Shown: positions 1 to 12,143 of the stretch, piece by piece | Layout of the letters: every line of letters starts with the position of its first letter | How positions within the stretch are numbered: the stretch's first letter is position 1 | Source: an uncultured Nitrososphaeraceae archaeon | Lineage (GTDB): Archaea; Thermoproteota; Nitrososphaeria; Nitrososphaerales; Nitrososphaeraceae | DNA length: 64,000 nt | NCBI GenBank assembly: GCA_963825865.1 | Contig: CAWGVG010000027.1 | Span: 32,001 to 96,000 of the forward strand | Direction: 5' to 3' | Translations under genes and position numbers: made by a program | Notes under the pieces: model-generated | Databases searched by the model: none | What the model was told of the DNA's origin: nothing | The model's input: the letters and a program-made list of their open reading frames with translations, nothing else

Positions 1-462
1 GAATAATTTGGCGCCATTCATGCCTATTTGTTTGTTAATTTCGATATCTTCTTTAGCCATTTTTAGAGCTTCATCTAGGATTGCGTTTTTTACTTCGTCA
101 ACACTTTTCCTTCCCCTTGACTTTTCCATTACGCGTCTTAGTGCCCAAAAGAGATTGATTGCAGTAGGACGTGTAGATTGTAAGACTTTAAAGGCTATAT
201 CAAGATCAGCCATTAATTCATTAAGAGTTTTCGAGTTGCTCTGGATGGCAGCAAGTGCAAGTCCAAAAGCAGCTGTAACACCAATTGCAGGAGCACCCCT
301 CACTACCAGGTTTTTTATTGCATTGGCAACTTCTTTATAGTCTCTACATTTAACATAAACGAGTTTATTTGGTAATCTAGTTTGATCAATCATTACGACT
401 GAGTCATTTTTCCAAGCAACAGTTAGCAAAAGATCAAGACTGTTGTTGTAATTATGAGACAC
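1..462 (-). CDS. mtnA: S-methyl-5-thioribose-1-phosphate isomerase (eIF-2B family), 5' part; runs off the window
   Basis: Manual minus-strand translation gives VMIDQTRLP...LVVRGAPAIGVTAAFGLALA...TRPTAINLFWAL, the MtnA motifs; likely GTG start at 462. Confidence 0.88.
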   Translation of the reverse strand, partial: MSHNYNNSLDLLLTVAWKNDSVVMIDQTRLPNKLVYVKCRDYKEVANAIKNLVVRGAPAIGVTAAFGLALAAIQSNSKTLNELMADLDIAFKVLQSTRPTAINLFWALRRVMEKSRGRKSVDEVKNAILDEALKMAKEDIEINKQIGMNGAKLF

Positions 463-664
463 ATTAATCGATAGAAATTCTTTTATGGAGTATATTAAAT
501 CTAACTAGTAAATTAGGAGATTTCATATAAAATACATTATTTTAGAACACTCTGGAATTATTATTTATGACCATGTGCAAATTTTTCAGAAATCCACACT
601 ATAATTTAATTATCTCAAGTTAATGATATTAGCATAAAATTCGTATTTTACTGTGTATTATATA

Positions 665-2127
665 TTATAATTGATATCTTTTATCTTGGTTGTTATGGGA
701 AATATTCAGTGTTGTTGTTTTATTTTTATCGCCTATGCCAATAGCAGCAAATCTGGTATAATCGAATTTTGATCTATCCAGCATTCCCCGACCATCATAA
801 ACCGGGGCTCCTATTTTATCAGATGTCAAAGTCACTGTATTCAGGATAATCTGCAACAAGCATGACCAAGTCTGCATCCTTTAAAGCTTCATTCAAATTT
901 GTAGTGAGAGTAACATTTTTTTCTTTTAGTAAAAAAGGATCACTCTTTACTAGAGGATCATGAATACGAATTTCCTTTACTTTCAATTTCTGAAATTCTT
1001 CAATTACCTTGTAAGTAGGTGAAAGACGTGTATCTGAAACCCCTCCCCTAAAAGCAAGACCAAGTAAAGTGATAATAGATTCTGCAACGTTTTTTCCTCC
1101 ATACAACAGCTTTATAGCCTGCTGTACAGAGTAACTGGGCATGGAATTGTTAATGTTTCTACTCAATCTAGTAATATTGCAATCAATTTTAGTTCTGTCA
1201 GCAGTGTCGAGTATAAATTGAGGATATGTAGGTATGCAGGCACCCCCAACACCTACTCCAGCTTTATGGATGTGGCAGAATGGTTGAGAATTTGCTGCCT
1301 TCCCGTGCTTCCCAAAAGTCAACACCCACTTGTTCACAGAACTTTGCAAGTTCGTTTGCTAGAGCAATATTTGCATCACGATACACGCCTTCGAGTAGCT
1401 TTTCCGTTTCTGCAGTTCTTATATTACTAATAGCCATAACACCTTTCTTAAATACCAGGGAGTAGAGTTTAACACCCATTTCTACACTTTTAGGACCTGC
1501 ACCAGACATTATAGCTGGATATCTCTCCTCTATGTCTTCTATTGCCCTGCCTTCATAGATTCTTTCAGGATTATATAGCATATAGAAGTCGGTTTCGCTT
1601 TTAAGTCCTCTTTCTTTCTCGATAATTGGTAATATAATATCTTCAGTTGTTCCTAGTGGAACACTAGAGTTAAGAGCAACTACATCACCCTCTTTCAATC
1701 CTTTACCGATAGCTTCAGCCACCTTTTTGACTGATGCCAAATCAGCAGAACCATTATCTGCCAATACAGGGACACAAATCATTTTAAAATACGAATCGTG
1801 CGACGCTTTCACCATGTCTTCATATACCTCAAAGCGCCTCTTCGCTAGACCTTTTGTAAATGCTTCATTTACACCAGGTTCCGGAACGTGAGTCCTGCCT
1901 CTCTTTGCGTTTTCTAATACCTTTAGCGATTTATCGACTCCTATAACATGCGCTCCTGCTCGAAGCCATACCGAGGCTATAGAAGAGCCAACATGTCCTA
2001 AACCGTATACTGCAATTTTAAATTCGCCGGATTTTATTTTCTTTATAATATCTGAACTTTGATTATCCATAGAAAAATAAGATGAAGATGAAAGTGATGA
2101 CCCAACACCACCTCTAGCCTCTTTCAT
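665..2127 (-). CDS. UDP-N-acetyl-mannosamine/glucosamine dehydrogenase-family nucleotide-sugar dehydrogenase, split by two frameshifts
   Basis: GLGHVG Rossmann motif, YNPERI, KLLEGVYRDANIALANE, GVGGACIP, LGLAFRGGVSDTRLSP spread over ORFs 1264-2127, 819-1349 and 665-877. Confidence 0.85.
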
Positions 2128-2580
2128 AGCAAATCGTTATTATTCAACTTGTTTATATGTTATTGTATATTCCTTCTACATTTGGTTTTACATATACTGT
2201 GCTTTCAAAGAACATAATGTGCGTTTTAGTGACATCATAAACAGACCAATGTATAAGAATGTGTATTATGATATTCGATCTAACTAAGAATGTCGTGAAA
2301 AGCGTCTGTATCCAAGATAGTGACTTTAAATGAGAAAAGACTAAGAACAATGTCTGTAAACATTTTCTTAATTATGGAAAGTTCTTTCTTCTTAAGACAG
2401 ATAAATGTACAAAAGAAAAGATGTTAAGTTCAACTTCGAAATTATCATTTATTGTTTGCATAAAGTCGAGGTACAATATTTTACTTGTTCGTAGAACCGA
2501 GTACATTTTGGACTGTATTAATATTTGCAAATTGCTTTTAGTAAGCGTCTTCGTAGTCTATTTGTTATAATAAATTTATG

Positions 2581-3330
2581 TCATACAACCCCTACGGTTA
2601 ATCTATGAGTTTTTTCTCTTTCTGTTATTACTAGACTTTTTCGTAAGAGTGAAATTAATAACATTACCTCTTTCGAGGTAGGTATTCCTTTTGCCAATAT
2701 CCTTTTAACAGCCGAATTTAACATAGGTTGCTTGTGTTTATCATAGCCGAAGCGATCAGCAACTTTGTTTACGTAATTAATCAATAGATCAATTTCTTGC
2801 CTTGTAGCCAACTCTTTATTCCTCTTGTTTTTCTTTATAGGAATTTCTGGTCGAATTTTTGAAATCTCATATAATAGTATTGCCAGTGCATGTGATATAT
2901 TCATTGTTTTATATTCGCTCTTTGTATCAATTACAACAACCAGGTCACACATTTCTAATTCTTTATTGTTCAGACCAGACGTTTCTCTTCCAATAACAAG
3001 ACAAAAATCCTTTTCACTTTCTGTCTCCTTTATTATTTCTGAAAGTTGAACAGCATTAATGGAACTTCTGAGAACATTTAATCTACTATATGCAGAAAGA
3101 GCAGTTGTTCCGACTAAGACGTCAAATGTCTTTCTTAACTGTTTCAATGTCACTATCTTTGCAGACGCTAAAATGTCTTTGCCATGAGTAGAGAATCTAA
3201 CTGCCTCTTCTTCGTTAAAATGAGGATTAGTAATATACATTTGTTCAAAACCAAAATTTTTCATTAGCCTTGCTACATAACCTACGTTTACTTGGTACTG
3301 TGGTTCGATAAATGCCACTGCGATGACCAT
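2581..3330 (-). CDS. trmJ: TrmJ/TrmH-family SPOUT RNA methyltransferase
   Basis: NVGYVARLMKNFG, GRETSGLNNKEL, TMNISHALAILLYE motifs. Confidence 0.85.
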   Translation of the reverse strand: MVIAVAFIEPQYQVNVGYVARLMKNFGFEQMYITNPHFNEEEAVRFSTHGKDILASAKIVTLKQLRKTFDVLVGTTALSAYSRLNVLRSSINAVQLSEIIKETESEKDFCLVIGRETSGLNNKELEMCDLVVVIDTKSEYKTMNISHALAILLYEISKIRPEIPIKKNKRNKELATRQEIDLLINYVNKVADRFGYDKHKQPMLNSAVKRILAKGIPTSKEVMLLISLLRKSLVITEREKTHRLTVGVV

Positions 3331-3527
3331 ATCTAATATATGCCTTCAATAAAAGATAGCTCAATTTAGGTTTAGAGTTCGATAAAGTCTATACAATAAA
3401 CGTCAAAAGAAAACGATCTACTTTAAAATAAAAATTCAATTTATTTAGACTACAAGGATAGATATTGTGGTTATATGTCTTTTCACAAATTATCTGTATG
3501 CTTATAGGTCCTATATCCAAATTAAAT

Positions 3528-3740
3528 CTATAAGCTCCTCTTTATTGTATAAAGAATAAAAGCACATTCTTCACAGAAATAGTACAAACTATAAAAATCA
3601 GATCGTAACGTCATCGTGTCGTAACATCGTGGGCATTCGATTTCATGTTCTATGTCTGTAGCTATTTCTTGTCTTTGTTGTTCTTCAATCTGAGGAGAGT
3701 TTTCTGTCTTAACGCTTGTCTCTAATTCTGTGTCAGCCAT
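3528..3740 (-). CDS. small Zn-ribbon protein
   Basis: CPRC...CEEC pairs in a 70 aa ORF. Confidence 0.6.
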   Translation of the reverse strand: MADTELETSVKTENSPQIEEQQRQEIATDIEHEIECPRCYDTMTLRSDFYSLYYFCEECAFILYTIKRSL

Positions 3741-4659
3741 GTATATCAGCTAATGGGTAATTCTATATTTAATACCTGAAACACCACTGAGAGAGGGAGT
3801 CACCTTGTATTCTTTATGTTATGCAGTATAAAATTTGCTTTCGTTGGCTGTTTGGTCCATAGTTTACAACAGATTTTGGTTATGTAATACTCCCTTGTTT
3901 GTATGTGGCTGTCTATGGGAAAGATGATTATCGATATAGATAGCAACCCACGTTGATAAATTAAACTTCTACTGGATCAATTAAATATGATTCGTCATGT
4001 TAATTTTATTTATTGGTTACTTTTTTTGACTGTTTTCCAATAGAATTTGGGTCTTGTCCTGCAACACAAATGTAATAATCCTGTCTATAAATCTACATCC
4101 TATACATCTGCTCTTTTACATGATTTAGCCAAAGCTGCGTTGTAATATGACTACAAACAACAATTTGTACTACCTTTACTGGAAATATGACAAAATAATA
4201 ATATCAATAAGCAACCCAAAAAATCCTATTTTCATTTTTAATACTTTTCCTTCAACATATAATTGCATCTATGGCACGCAGTATAATTATTGCCATCTAG
4301 ATGATTGAAATGTATACCGAAATATGATCACATATGATCATCTCATCAAAGCCATCTGGAGCAACAAAGCTAAAGCTTTCCAGCTGGTGATGTCTGCATT
4401 TAATACAACGGCAACCACCTCTCATTCAATTTTTTTGTAATTAATCATAATATACGTTTTTACTTCAAAGCTTGGCGCGAGATGATACACTTAATGAGTT
4501 CTTTATGATATATTTTCCGTAAGAGTTGCTGCTTTGCCATTACTGTAATTATTGCTATAAACCATTGTCGTTATTAATGGTAATAGTAGTTGAAGAGCTC
4601 GATGAACCATACTTGACTTTTTTCTATTCAAAAAAATTTACATTTAATCTATTTTGAAT

Positions 4660-5085
4660 TTAAAATTGCGGATTGTCATTATTTTTCTTTATTACTGTCC
4701 CTTTCAGCTTTTGTATATGGTAGGCTATTCTATCTATCACATCCAACATTTTAGCATTAAATTTTAGGTCATCTTCGTGTTTCCATTTGCCATAAATGCG
4801 AATGTGATCATCAACTGGATCAATTCTAATTTCACCTTCTTGTGGTAAAATTGCTTTTAGCATTTCCTTCAATTCTTTGTCTGCTTGCAAGATTTCAGCT
4901 AATCTTCCACTGCCCCACCACCTTACATCAACTACTCTTTTATTTCTAAAATAACCTTTACTAATGGGTTCGCATTTTGCCAGAAACATCTCAGAGTTTG
5001 AAATGACAGTGCCTTCGATAATATAATGGATTTGATAATATTGTAATGCTCCATATGGTATTGGATCTGAGTCTTGTCGTGGCAT
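4660..5085 (-). CDS. hypothetical protein
   Basis: 141 aa ORF with ATG start and ordinary globular composition. Confidence 0.6.
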   Translation of the reverse strand: MPRQDSDPIPYGALQYYQIHYIIEGTVISNSEMFLAKCEPISKGYFRNKRVVDVRWWGSGRLAEILQADKELKEMLKAILPQEGEIRIDPVDDHIRIYGKWKHEDDLKFNAKMLDVIDRIAYHIQKLKGTVIKKNNDNPQF

Positions 5086-5818
5086 AATTATTAATCCCTC
5101 ATCTTTTGACTGTGCGAATGATTCTGATTCACATCAATCTTTAGAAGCATCATTTAATAAACAATACGATTTCATTATTCGAGGGCCATTATAAATCGCA
5201 ACTTCGTTGGCATTTAGGAAATCTATGTCTTTAAGAATAATAGATTCTATGATGTCCATTATGACCTTTATCTTAATTTGTTATTATCTATCTTAGTCTA
5301 TAGCATATATTGCGATGCATATAAAAACCATTGACCATTGAATTGCAAGTTATAAACTTGACTAGGGCTTTCCTATACTCACATCTATCTTATGTCTGCT
5401 CTTCAATACAGATATTTTAACAACAATAATTCATTATTTCATCATAGCAGACGATTTATTTTTATATGTTAGCAGAATGCCTAAGAATTAAGCGAGCGCT
5501 TATGGCACAGATTAACCAAAGACAAAAAACTGACTAATTGTTGATTATTCCTCTTTAATTAAATAATTAAAAAACCTTACCATTAAATTCATTAATACAG
5601 GACTAGGATAAACAGGTTGTATTGAACACAGAATTGCGTTTCTGTGACAGCTGTATGACCAAAACAATGCATGAAGTAATCGAAGAAGATAATGCTATTT
5701 ATACATATAAACGTAAGAGACTCTATCGTTGTAAAACTTGTGGTCAAAAAAGCTATAGGCGCGGCTTGCGTCCTAGTGCGGAATCTGTTTTCTTGATATA
5801 ATATGGATGTAATGAGAA

Positions 5819-6643
5819 ATGGAAGATTCAATTTCACAAGCTATTGTAAAGTTAAAAAATGAGTTTATAAAAAACCACAAAGCAAGAAGCTTCATATATG
5901 AGATTATCCCCTTGTCATATTCTATTAAATTACCTATTGAAAACCACATATTGTCTAGACTAAACGATTTTGCAAAAAGTAATTCTATCTATTTCAAATC
6001 AACTGATGTACACATATTTGATATACCATGTAAATCTTATGATGGTGATATCAATGATTACTGGTTAAGTAGCAAAAAATATGATACAAATTATCAGCCA
6101 TTCTATCCCACGTGGATATTATCTGCATACGTATTATCGTTAGTGGCTAAAAGATTAGGGTTTAAGGAAATTGTAGATATTGGATCTGGGGATGGTAGGA
6201 TAGCCTACTGCAGTAAATTGTTAGGTATGAAGTCGGTTGGAATAGAAATTGATACCGATCTTGTTAGACTTCAGCATAGAATCTCCAATTTAACTAAAGT
6301 TGAATATGATATATTAAATGAAGATGCAACTAGTCTCGAATATAGTTCACTAAACCTTTCTAGACCAATGTTTTTTATTTCGGGTTTACCTGAGTGGGGT
6401 GAAATACTTGCAATCAACGTGCTTACCAAAATCAAGGAAATTGCCAAGTTAAAATATTCTGCAGGTTTTAATTTTATGGGAAGCCACGCTATGAAAGGCT
6501 ACTCAAGAGATAAGACAAAGTGGGGTTGGGGTAAAATTATTGAAGACTTTAATCTCGATATAATTGAATGCCTTACTCTACCAACTCATTGGACTAATGA
6601 TCAACAAATGGATACAGCGTATCTGTATGCAAGGTATAAGTGA
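5819..6643 (+). CDS. class I SAM-dependent methyltransferase
   Basis: VDIGSGDGR motif I followed by GIEID. Confidence 0.75.
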   Translation: MEDSISQAIVKLKNEFIKNHKARSFIYEIIPLSYSIKLPIENHILSRLNDFAKSNSIYFKSTDVHIFDIPCKSYDGDINDYWLSSKKYDTNYQPFYPTWILSAYVLSLVAKRLGFKEIVDIGSGDGRIAYCSKLLGMKSVGIEIDTDLVRLQHRISNLTKVEYDILNEDATSLEYSSLNLSRPMFFISGLPEWGEILAINVLTKIKEIAKLKYSAGFNFMGSHAMKGYSRDKTKWGWGKIIEDFNLDIIECLTLPTHWTNDQQMDTAYLYARYK

Positions 6644-6766
6644 ATTCTATATAGTCGTGAAATGAATAATATATCAGATTTCCATAAGGTTTTACGATCT
6701 ATGATAGAAACAACTGCGACTCTCTATAGTATTACTGTCCTTCAGTCGTAGCCTTCCATTGGCATA

Positions 6767-6792
6767 ATATATATATATATATATATATATAT
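6767..6792. repeat. (AT)13 dinucleotide tract upstream of cdc6
   Basis: Directly visible atatat... run. Confidence 0.9.
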
Positions 6793-7099
6793 TCTTAGAA
6801 TGTTGTTCTAGCAAGCCATATTCATCTTTTTTTCAATTTAGCTAGTGTATGCAGATTTGGCATTCTTGTTAAATAGTTAGACCAAGCGGATCTTGGCTTG
6901 AGTTTTTTAAAAAATTATAAATTATTGTTCCATTTGCCATATCTATAAAATTAATTATTATTACAACTATCTTTATGATGATCTTTTATAGCATTTCTAA
7001 AACTCATACTCACAAGATCAATTTATTTTAATGGCTTTTACTATAATTCATTAATCGATGGAGGATACTTAATATAATATCTTTGTTGATTTTATCATC

Positions 7100-8278
7100 T
7101 TGATGTCTGAAAGCGAAATATTCCGAGACAGATCAAAATTATCGCCTAGATACATACCAACCGATCTCCCACATCGTGAAAAACAAATTGAGCAAATTCA
7201 ACAAGCTTTCGAAGAATCCTACTCTAATCCAGATAAATTTCCATTAATGGTATTGCAAATTATTGGTCCAGCAGGTATCGGCAAGACATCTACTGTTCTC
7301 AAATTCTCTAGAATACTGGGGGAAGATTTCGCAAAGAGCAGACTAAAAATTAAAACGGCTTATGTGAATCTAAAGTTACAAGGTGGCAACAAATATGCAA
7401 TTTATAAATTCTTATTAGAACGGATTGCTCCTGAGCTACCTGCACAAGGTCTCAGCGCGGAAGAGATGTTGAGATATTTGTTGCGTTATCTGAGTGAAAA
7501 TAAGATATATGCATTGATTATTCTTGATGAAATTGATTATTTGATCAAGGTTACAAAAGATAGTGGGATCATATATGATCTTACACGCCTTAATGAGTTT
7601 GATCCTGACAAACCTGGTAATGTGAAGGGTGTGATATTTATTGCAAGGAGTATAGAGTTCTACAGCAAACTTGATCAAGCAGAGTTAAGTACGTTAGGCA
7701 GAGTTCCAATGGAATTTCCGATATATTCAATTAAACAAATCAGTGATATATTGATCAGCAGATGTTCTGAAGCATTCCATGCAAAAGCTATTGGATCGGA
7801 TGTCATTGATGAAGTATCAAAGATTACTACTTCCCCAACTGTCAACTGCGACATAAGATACGCACTTGATCTTCTTCTTTATGCAGGAAATCTTGCAGAA
7901 TCGCAAGGAACAGGGAGAGTACACCTAGATCAAATTCGAAAGGTCCATGGCCAAATTCATCCATCTATAACAACTGAAGAAATGGAAGAACTATCGAAAA
8001 ACCAGATTTTAACTCTAATAGCATTGGTTAGAGCGTTACGTCTCAAGAAAAAACAATATGTTGAACTTAAAGAAATTCGTTCTCATGCGTTAGAATTAAT
8101 TGAAGAATTTAAACTTAAAAAATTAGACATCGAAGATTACCTTCATGATCTACAGGTGAGAAAGATCATTGAAATTAGATCATTAAAGGAAATTGGAATA
8201 CAGGGGGCTTCTTTGCAAGAACTTGAACCAATGCTTCATAAACAAATCAAACATGATGTTAAAAATGATTACCGATAG
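7100..8278 (+). CDS. cdc6: Orc1/Cdc6 replication initiator
   Basis: LPHREKQI, Walker A GPAGIGKT, Walker B ILDEID, DIRYALDLL, C-terminal winged helix. Confidence 0.93.
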   Translation: MMSESEIFRDRSKLSPRYIPTDLPHREKQIEQIQQAFEESYSNPDKFPLMVLQIIGPAGIGKTSTVLKFSRILGEDFAKSRLKIKTAYVNLKLQGGNKYAIYKFLLERIAPELPAQGLSAEEMLRYLLRYLSENKIYALIILDEIDYLIKVTKDSGIIYDLTRLNEFDPDKPGNVKGVIFIARSIEFYSKLDQAELSTLGRVPMEFPIYSIKQISDILISRCSEAFHAKAIGSDVIDEVSKITTSPTVNCDIRYALDLLLYAGNLAESQGTGRVHLDQIRKVHGQIHPSITTEEMEELSKNQILTLIALVRALRLKKKQYVELKEIRSHALELIEEFKLKKLDIEDYLHDLQVRKIIEIRSLKEIGIQGASLQELEPMLHKQIKHDVKNDYR

Positions 8279-8567
8279 AGAAATGACCAGTAAAGATATA
8301 GTAGAGATTGGTCTAGGTAGCATAGGCAAAGTCAAGATAATGAAAGCTTTAGCAGAAGAATGCAAGATGGTTACTGTCTATACACTTCATAAAAAAACTC
8401 GTCTGAAGAGAGAAGATATTAAACGCAATCTGGATGATCTAATAAAAATAGGCTGGGTAAGTGAGAGTAAGCTTGCTAATATGATGTACAGTATAAATAG
8501 AGAGAATGAATATGTAAATCACTTGACGGAATTTTTTGCTGATGTCGGATACATTGGTAAGTTATAA
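8265..8567 (+). CDS. winged-helix protein co-transcribed with cdc6
   Basis: GLGSIGKVKIMKAL...REDIKRNLDDLIKIGWV wHTH pattern; start overlaps the cdc6 stop (start approximate). Confidence 0.7.
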   Translation: MITDREMTSKDIVEIGLGSIGKVKIMKALAEECKMVTVYTLHKKTRLKREDIKRNLDDLIKIGWVSESKLANMMYSINRENEYVNHLTEFFADVGYIGKL

Positions 8568-8678
8568 ACGTTAATTTACATTAATCTTTATTATAAGAAA
8601 ACTTTATTTATTATAATATACTTCTTAACGTTTTACAAAGTATGTATATACTATATGAGCGGATGATAGAAGGAAACA

Positions 8679-9137
8679 TTAATCTGATTTACTCGGGTTT
8701 AGGAAGGATTGAATGTTATTCAACTTTCTAACCATAGAAGTTAATGTACCTGTCTTCTCTGTTACCATCATTTTGGACGCAACATAATTCTTTGTATAGT
8801 AGATCAACTCAGCCATTTCTATTAACTCTCCTGTTGAAACCCGGTAAGCATGCTCTTGAAGATCCAAATCTTTTACTAGATCTACAAATATATGTTCGGT
8901 CATTCCTTGCTTTTTCGTCCTATCTAGGAGGAAAGAGAATATTCTATCTGCGTGGTAGTTTATATGAATTTCTTTTGCTTCTTCCAACTCTACTCCGTAG
9001 ATATTAGATATTTTGATATTAATTCTCCTTTCATCGTCTCTTGAAATACTCCTGTGTGTCATGTCTATAGCTAATTTGCCTCTTAACTTTGAAGGTTCAG
9101 CATTTGGATAATTATTACTATTATTTGAATTTTGCAT
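8679..9137 (-). CDS. hypothetical protein
   Basis: 152 aa ORF. Confidence 0.6.
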   Translation of the reverse strand: MQNSNNSNNYPNAEPSKLRGKLAIDMTHRSISRDDERRINIKISNIYGVELEEAKEIHINYHADRIFSFLLDRTKKQGMTEHIFVDLVKDLDLQEHAYRVSTGELIEMAELIYYTKNYVASKMMVTEKTGTLTSMVRKLNNIQSFLNPSKSD

Positions 9138-9437
9138 TTATGTTAAGATCAAATAACTTATTTGTATTTTTTTCTTATTAAGTTATCTTCTTTTGCTATT
9201 TTGACAATCTACCCTCTCCTAGTTTTCATTGCTTATTTGAAATAGATGTCTACAACAGGGATTGTGCTTGACATCTGTGTATTTATGTGAACTAAAGTAG
9301 TAAGGTCATGTTAGTTTCAGTGGAGGGGATTTGTTGAAAGGTTTTTTCAATCTTTATATGTGTGGTCCAAAAAAATACGATTTATTTGAAATATTATATT
9401 AAAAAAGAAATAAAAAGGTGATCAATTAAAATCTAAT

Positions 9438-11094
9438 ATGCAGTTCAAGGCTAACATAGAACATAATAATAAACCAAAATTTATTTTTATCACAGGTGGT
9501 GTTATGTCGGGGCTCGGTAAAGGAGTAATAACTTCATCTACAGCTAAATTATTACAATTAGCAGGTCTGAAGGTTTCTTGTATTAAGATTGATCCTTATG
9601 TGAATTATGATGCTGGAACAATGAATCCTATTACACATGGCGAAGTTTTCGTGACTGATGATGGCGGTGAATGCGATATGGATATTGGAAATTATGAACG
9701 TTTTCTTGATATTGCCATGACAAAAGACCATAATATTACAACTGGAAGAGTGTATTCAGATGTAATTCATGCTGAGAGAGAAGGAAAATATCTTGGCCAA
9801 TGCGTTCAGATCATTCCACATGTTACAGATGCTATAAAAAATCGGTTACGAAAAATTGCCAATAGTGAGGTGTTAGATGTCATGGTTGTAGAATGCGGTG
9901 GTACTGTAGGTGATATAGAAAGTCTTCCATTCCTTGAAGCATTAAGGCAAATGGAACTTGAAGATGGCCGTTCTAATACATTGTTTATTCACGTTACCCT
10001 TGCACCTGTATTGGATGTCGTGGGTGAACAAAAGACAAAGCCAACCCAGCATAGCGTCCAAGAACTCAGGAGGATTGGAATTCAACCTGATATCTTAGCT
10101 GTTAGGTGCAAAACACCTCTTACTTCAGATGCTATGCATAAAATTTCACTATTTGCAAGTGTAGAAGAAAAATGTGTTATTTCATGTCACGATGCGCCTT
10201 CTATTTATAAGGTTCCAGAAGTTTTAGAAAGTCAAGGAATGCTCAAGGTTATTTCTGAAAATTTGTTATTAGAGAATTGTTCTCCACAATGGACTAATTG
10301 GAAATCAATCGCAAAATCGTTCTATGAGTATAATGGCCTAGTAAAAATTGCAGTAGTAGGAAAATATGTTACCCTTCCCGATAGTTATGTCAGTGTGTAT
10401 CATGCTCTTTCACATGCCGGTGCAAATATTGGGAAAAAAGTGGAAATTGAGTGGATTGATTCAGAAGAATTCGAGAAGAATGGAGGAGGAGCAAAGAATC
10501 TTGCCTTTCTTAGGAAATTTGACGGTGTATTGGCCCCTGGTGGATTTGGAAAAAGGGGAAGTGAGGGAATAATAAATGTAGCCAATTTCACCCGAGTAGA
10601 AAATATTCCATATTTAGGAATATGTTTTGGATTCCAGCTAGCGATTATAGCATTTGCCAGAGATAGTTGTAATCTAGCATGTGCCAGTTCTACTGAGCTT
10701 GATCCAAATACAAATGATCCTGTAGTAGTATTTATGCCTGAACAGAAAACAGCCCATGATATGGGTGGAACGATGCGGCTTGGTATGCACGAAATTACAA
10801 TTATTCCTAATACAAACGTCAGCAAAAGTATATGAGGGAATAAATGTAATGCATAGAAGACATAGGCACCGATATGAATTTAATCAGGACTATCGCAAGA
10901 TTATAGAAAAATATGGCATGGTTTTATCGGGTTATTCTGATAAAGGCAAGCGAATAGAAATGTTAGAGATTCAAAATCACAACTTCTACTTTGCCGTACA
11001 ATATCATTCTGAATTTAATAGTAGGCCGGGTAAACCGGAACAGGCATTTGATGCCTTTGTAAAGGCTGCTGCTAATTTGTCTTTTAAATCCTGA
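9438..11094 (+). CDS. pyrG: CTP synthase (frameshift near 10830)
   Basis: [24 protein letters not shown] nucleophile motif; RHRHRYE and QYHSEF continue in ORF 10756-11094. Confidence 0.95.
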
Positions 11095-12088
11095 GCTCAT
11101 AAATCTTCTGCCGTGAATCACGTAGAGATGTCTTCTTCTTTACATAGCCGCCGTTGAGCAAATGACTAAGTGATAGTCTCATAGTTCTCTCTGGAAGCAT
11201 CGTTCTTGAAGAAAGGTCTTTTTGACTCAATGCGCCTTCATACTCAAGCGTTTTCAAAATTAGTTTCGCACTTGGAGGCATGCTTAACAGATCCTTTGCC
11301 AGTTTCACTTTCTTTACAATGAGAGATGTAGCGGAAGAATCTCCTATTAATCTGACAAGCCTAGCAGGGAATTCATGTTTGTAGCATTCAAGTATTTTTT
11401 TTATTCCTAATCGAGATCCCCCATCAAGCACAACTTCACAGTGATATCTACTCATAATATCCGCAATTTCTATTATAGTCTCATTAGGAACTACCAAGGG
11501 GCGTCGAGTGTTATCAACAGAGTTCACCGATACTATGATGAATACATGGGATTTCTGTAAAACCATCGGACCACCTGCTGACATTGAATATGCAGTCGAT
11601 CCCGTAGGTGTAGATATTATAATTCCATCGCTGTTATCGTGCCATACGTCTTTGCCATCTATCCTAAGCATATGCTCCATCAGCATTGCACTTTTGCTTG
11701 GAAATACTGCAACATCATTTAGTACAGGCTCAACCTCTTTCCCGTCTACTTTAACTGCTAAACGAAATACCTCATCTACTTCGTAATCACTTTTCTTTAA
11801 TCTTGAAGTCACTGATTCCAAGTCTCTGACTTCTAGCTGAGCCAGGAATCCTGTGGAATCGGATTCATAAACGCCTAGAACAGGCGCAGAATCAGTTACA
11901 ACTTTATGAAAATAATCAAGAATACCTCTATCGCCACCAGCTACTAAAATTAGGTCGACTTCCTTTGCTAATTTATAATTACCATCCTTCATGACTTGTG
12001 TGTCAATGTTTAATGAATCTAATGTCTTTTTCATCTGGGATAGCAATGTTCCGTCCCTGTAATCTGCAGCGGATAGGGCTATTTTCAT
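11084..12088 (-). CDS. nadK: NAD kinase with C-terminal HTH domain
   Basis: GGD, LND, DGIIISTPTGSTAYSMSAGG motifs; C-terminal PPSAKLILKTL...PERTMRLSL HTH. Confidence 0.88.
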   Translation of the reverse strand: MKIALSAADYRDGTLLSQMKKTLDSLNIDTQVMKDGNYKLAKEVDLILVAGGDRGILDYFHKVVTDSAPVLGVYESDSTGFLAQLEVRDLESVTSRLKKSDYEVDEVFRLAVKVDGKEVEPVLNDVAVFPSKSAMLMEHMLRIDGKDVWHDNSDGIIISTPTGSTAYSMSAGGPMVLQKSHVFIIVSVNSVDNTRRPLVVPNETIIEIADIMSRYHCEVVLDGGSRLGIKKILECYKHEFPARLVRLIGDSSATSLIVKKVKLAKDLLSMPPSAKLILKTLEYEGALSQKDLSSRTMLPERTMRLSLSHLLNGGYVKKKTSLRDSRQKIYELRI

Positions 12089-12143
12089 CCCTTATTTATA
12101 TATAAAACGATTATTTACTTATTTAAGGATATAAGCATATACA

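Noticed and set aside
8-340. Plus-strand 110 aa ORF and similar antisense ORFs (e.g. 10400-10825, 27577-27846, 34571-35073)
   Set aside because: They are shadows of well-supported genes on the opposite strand.
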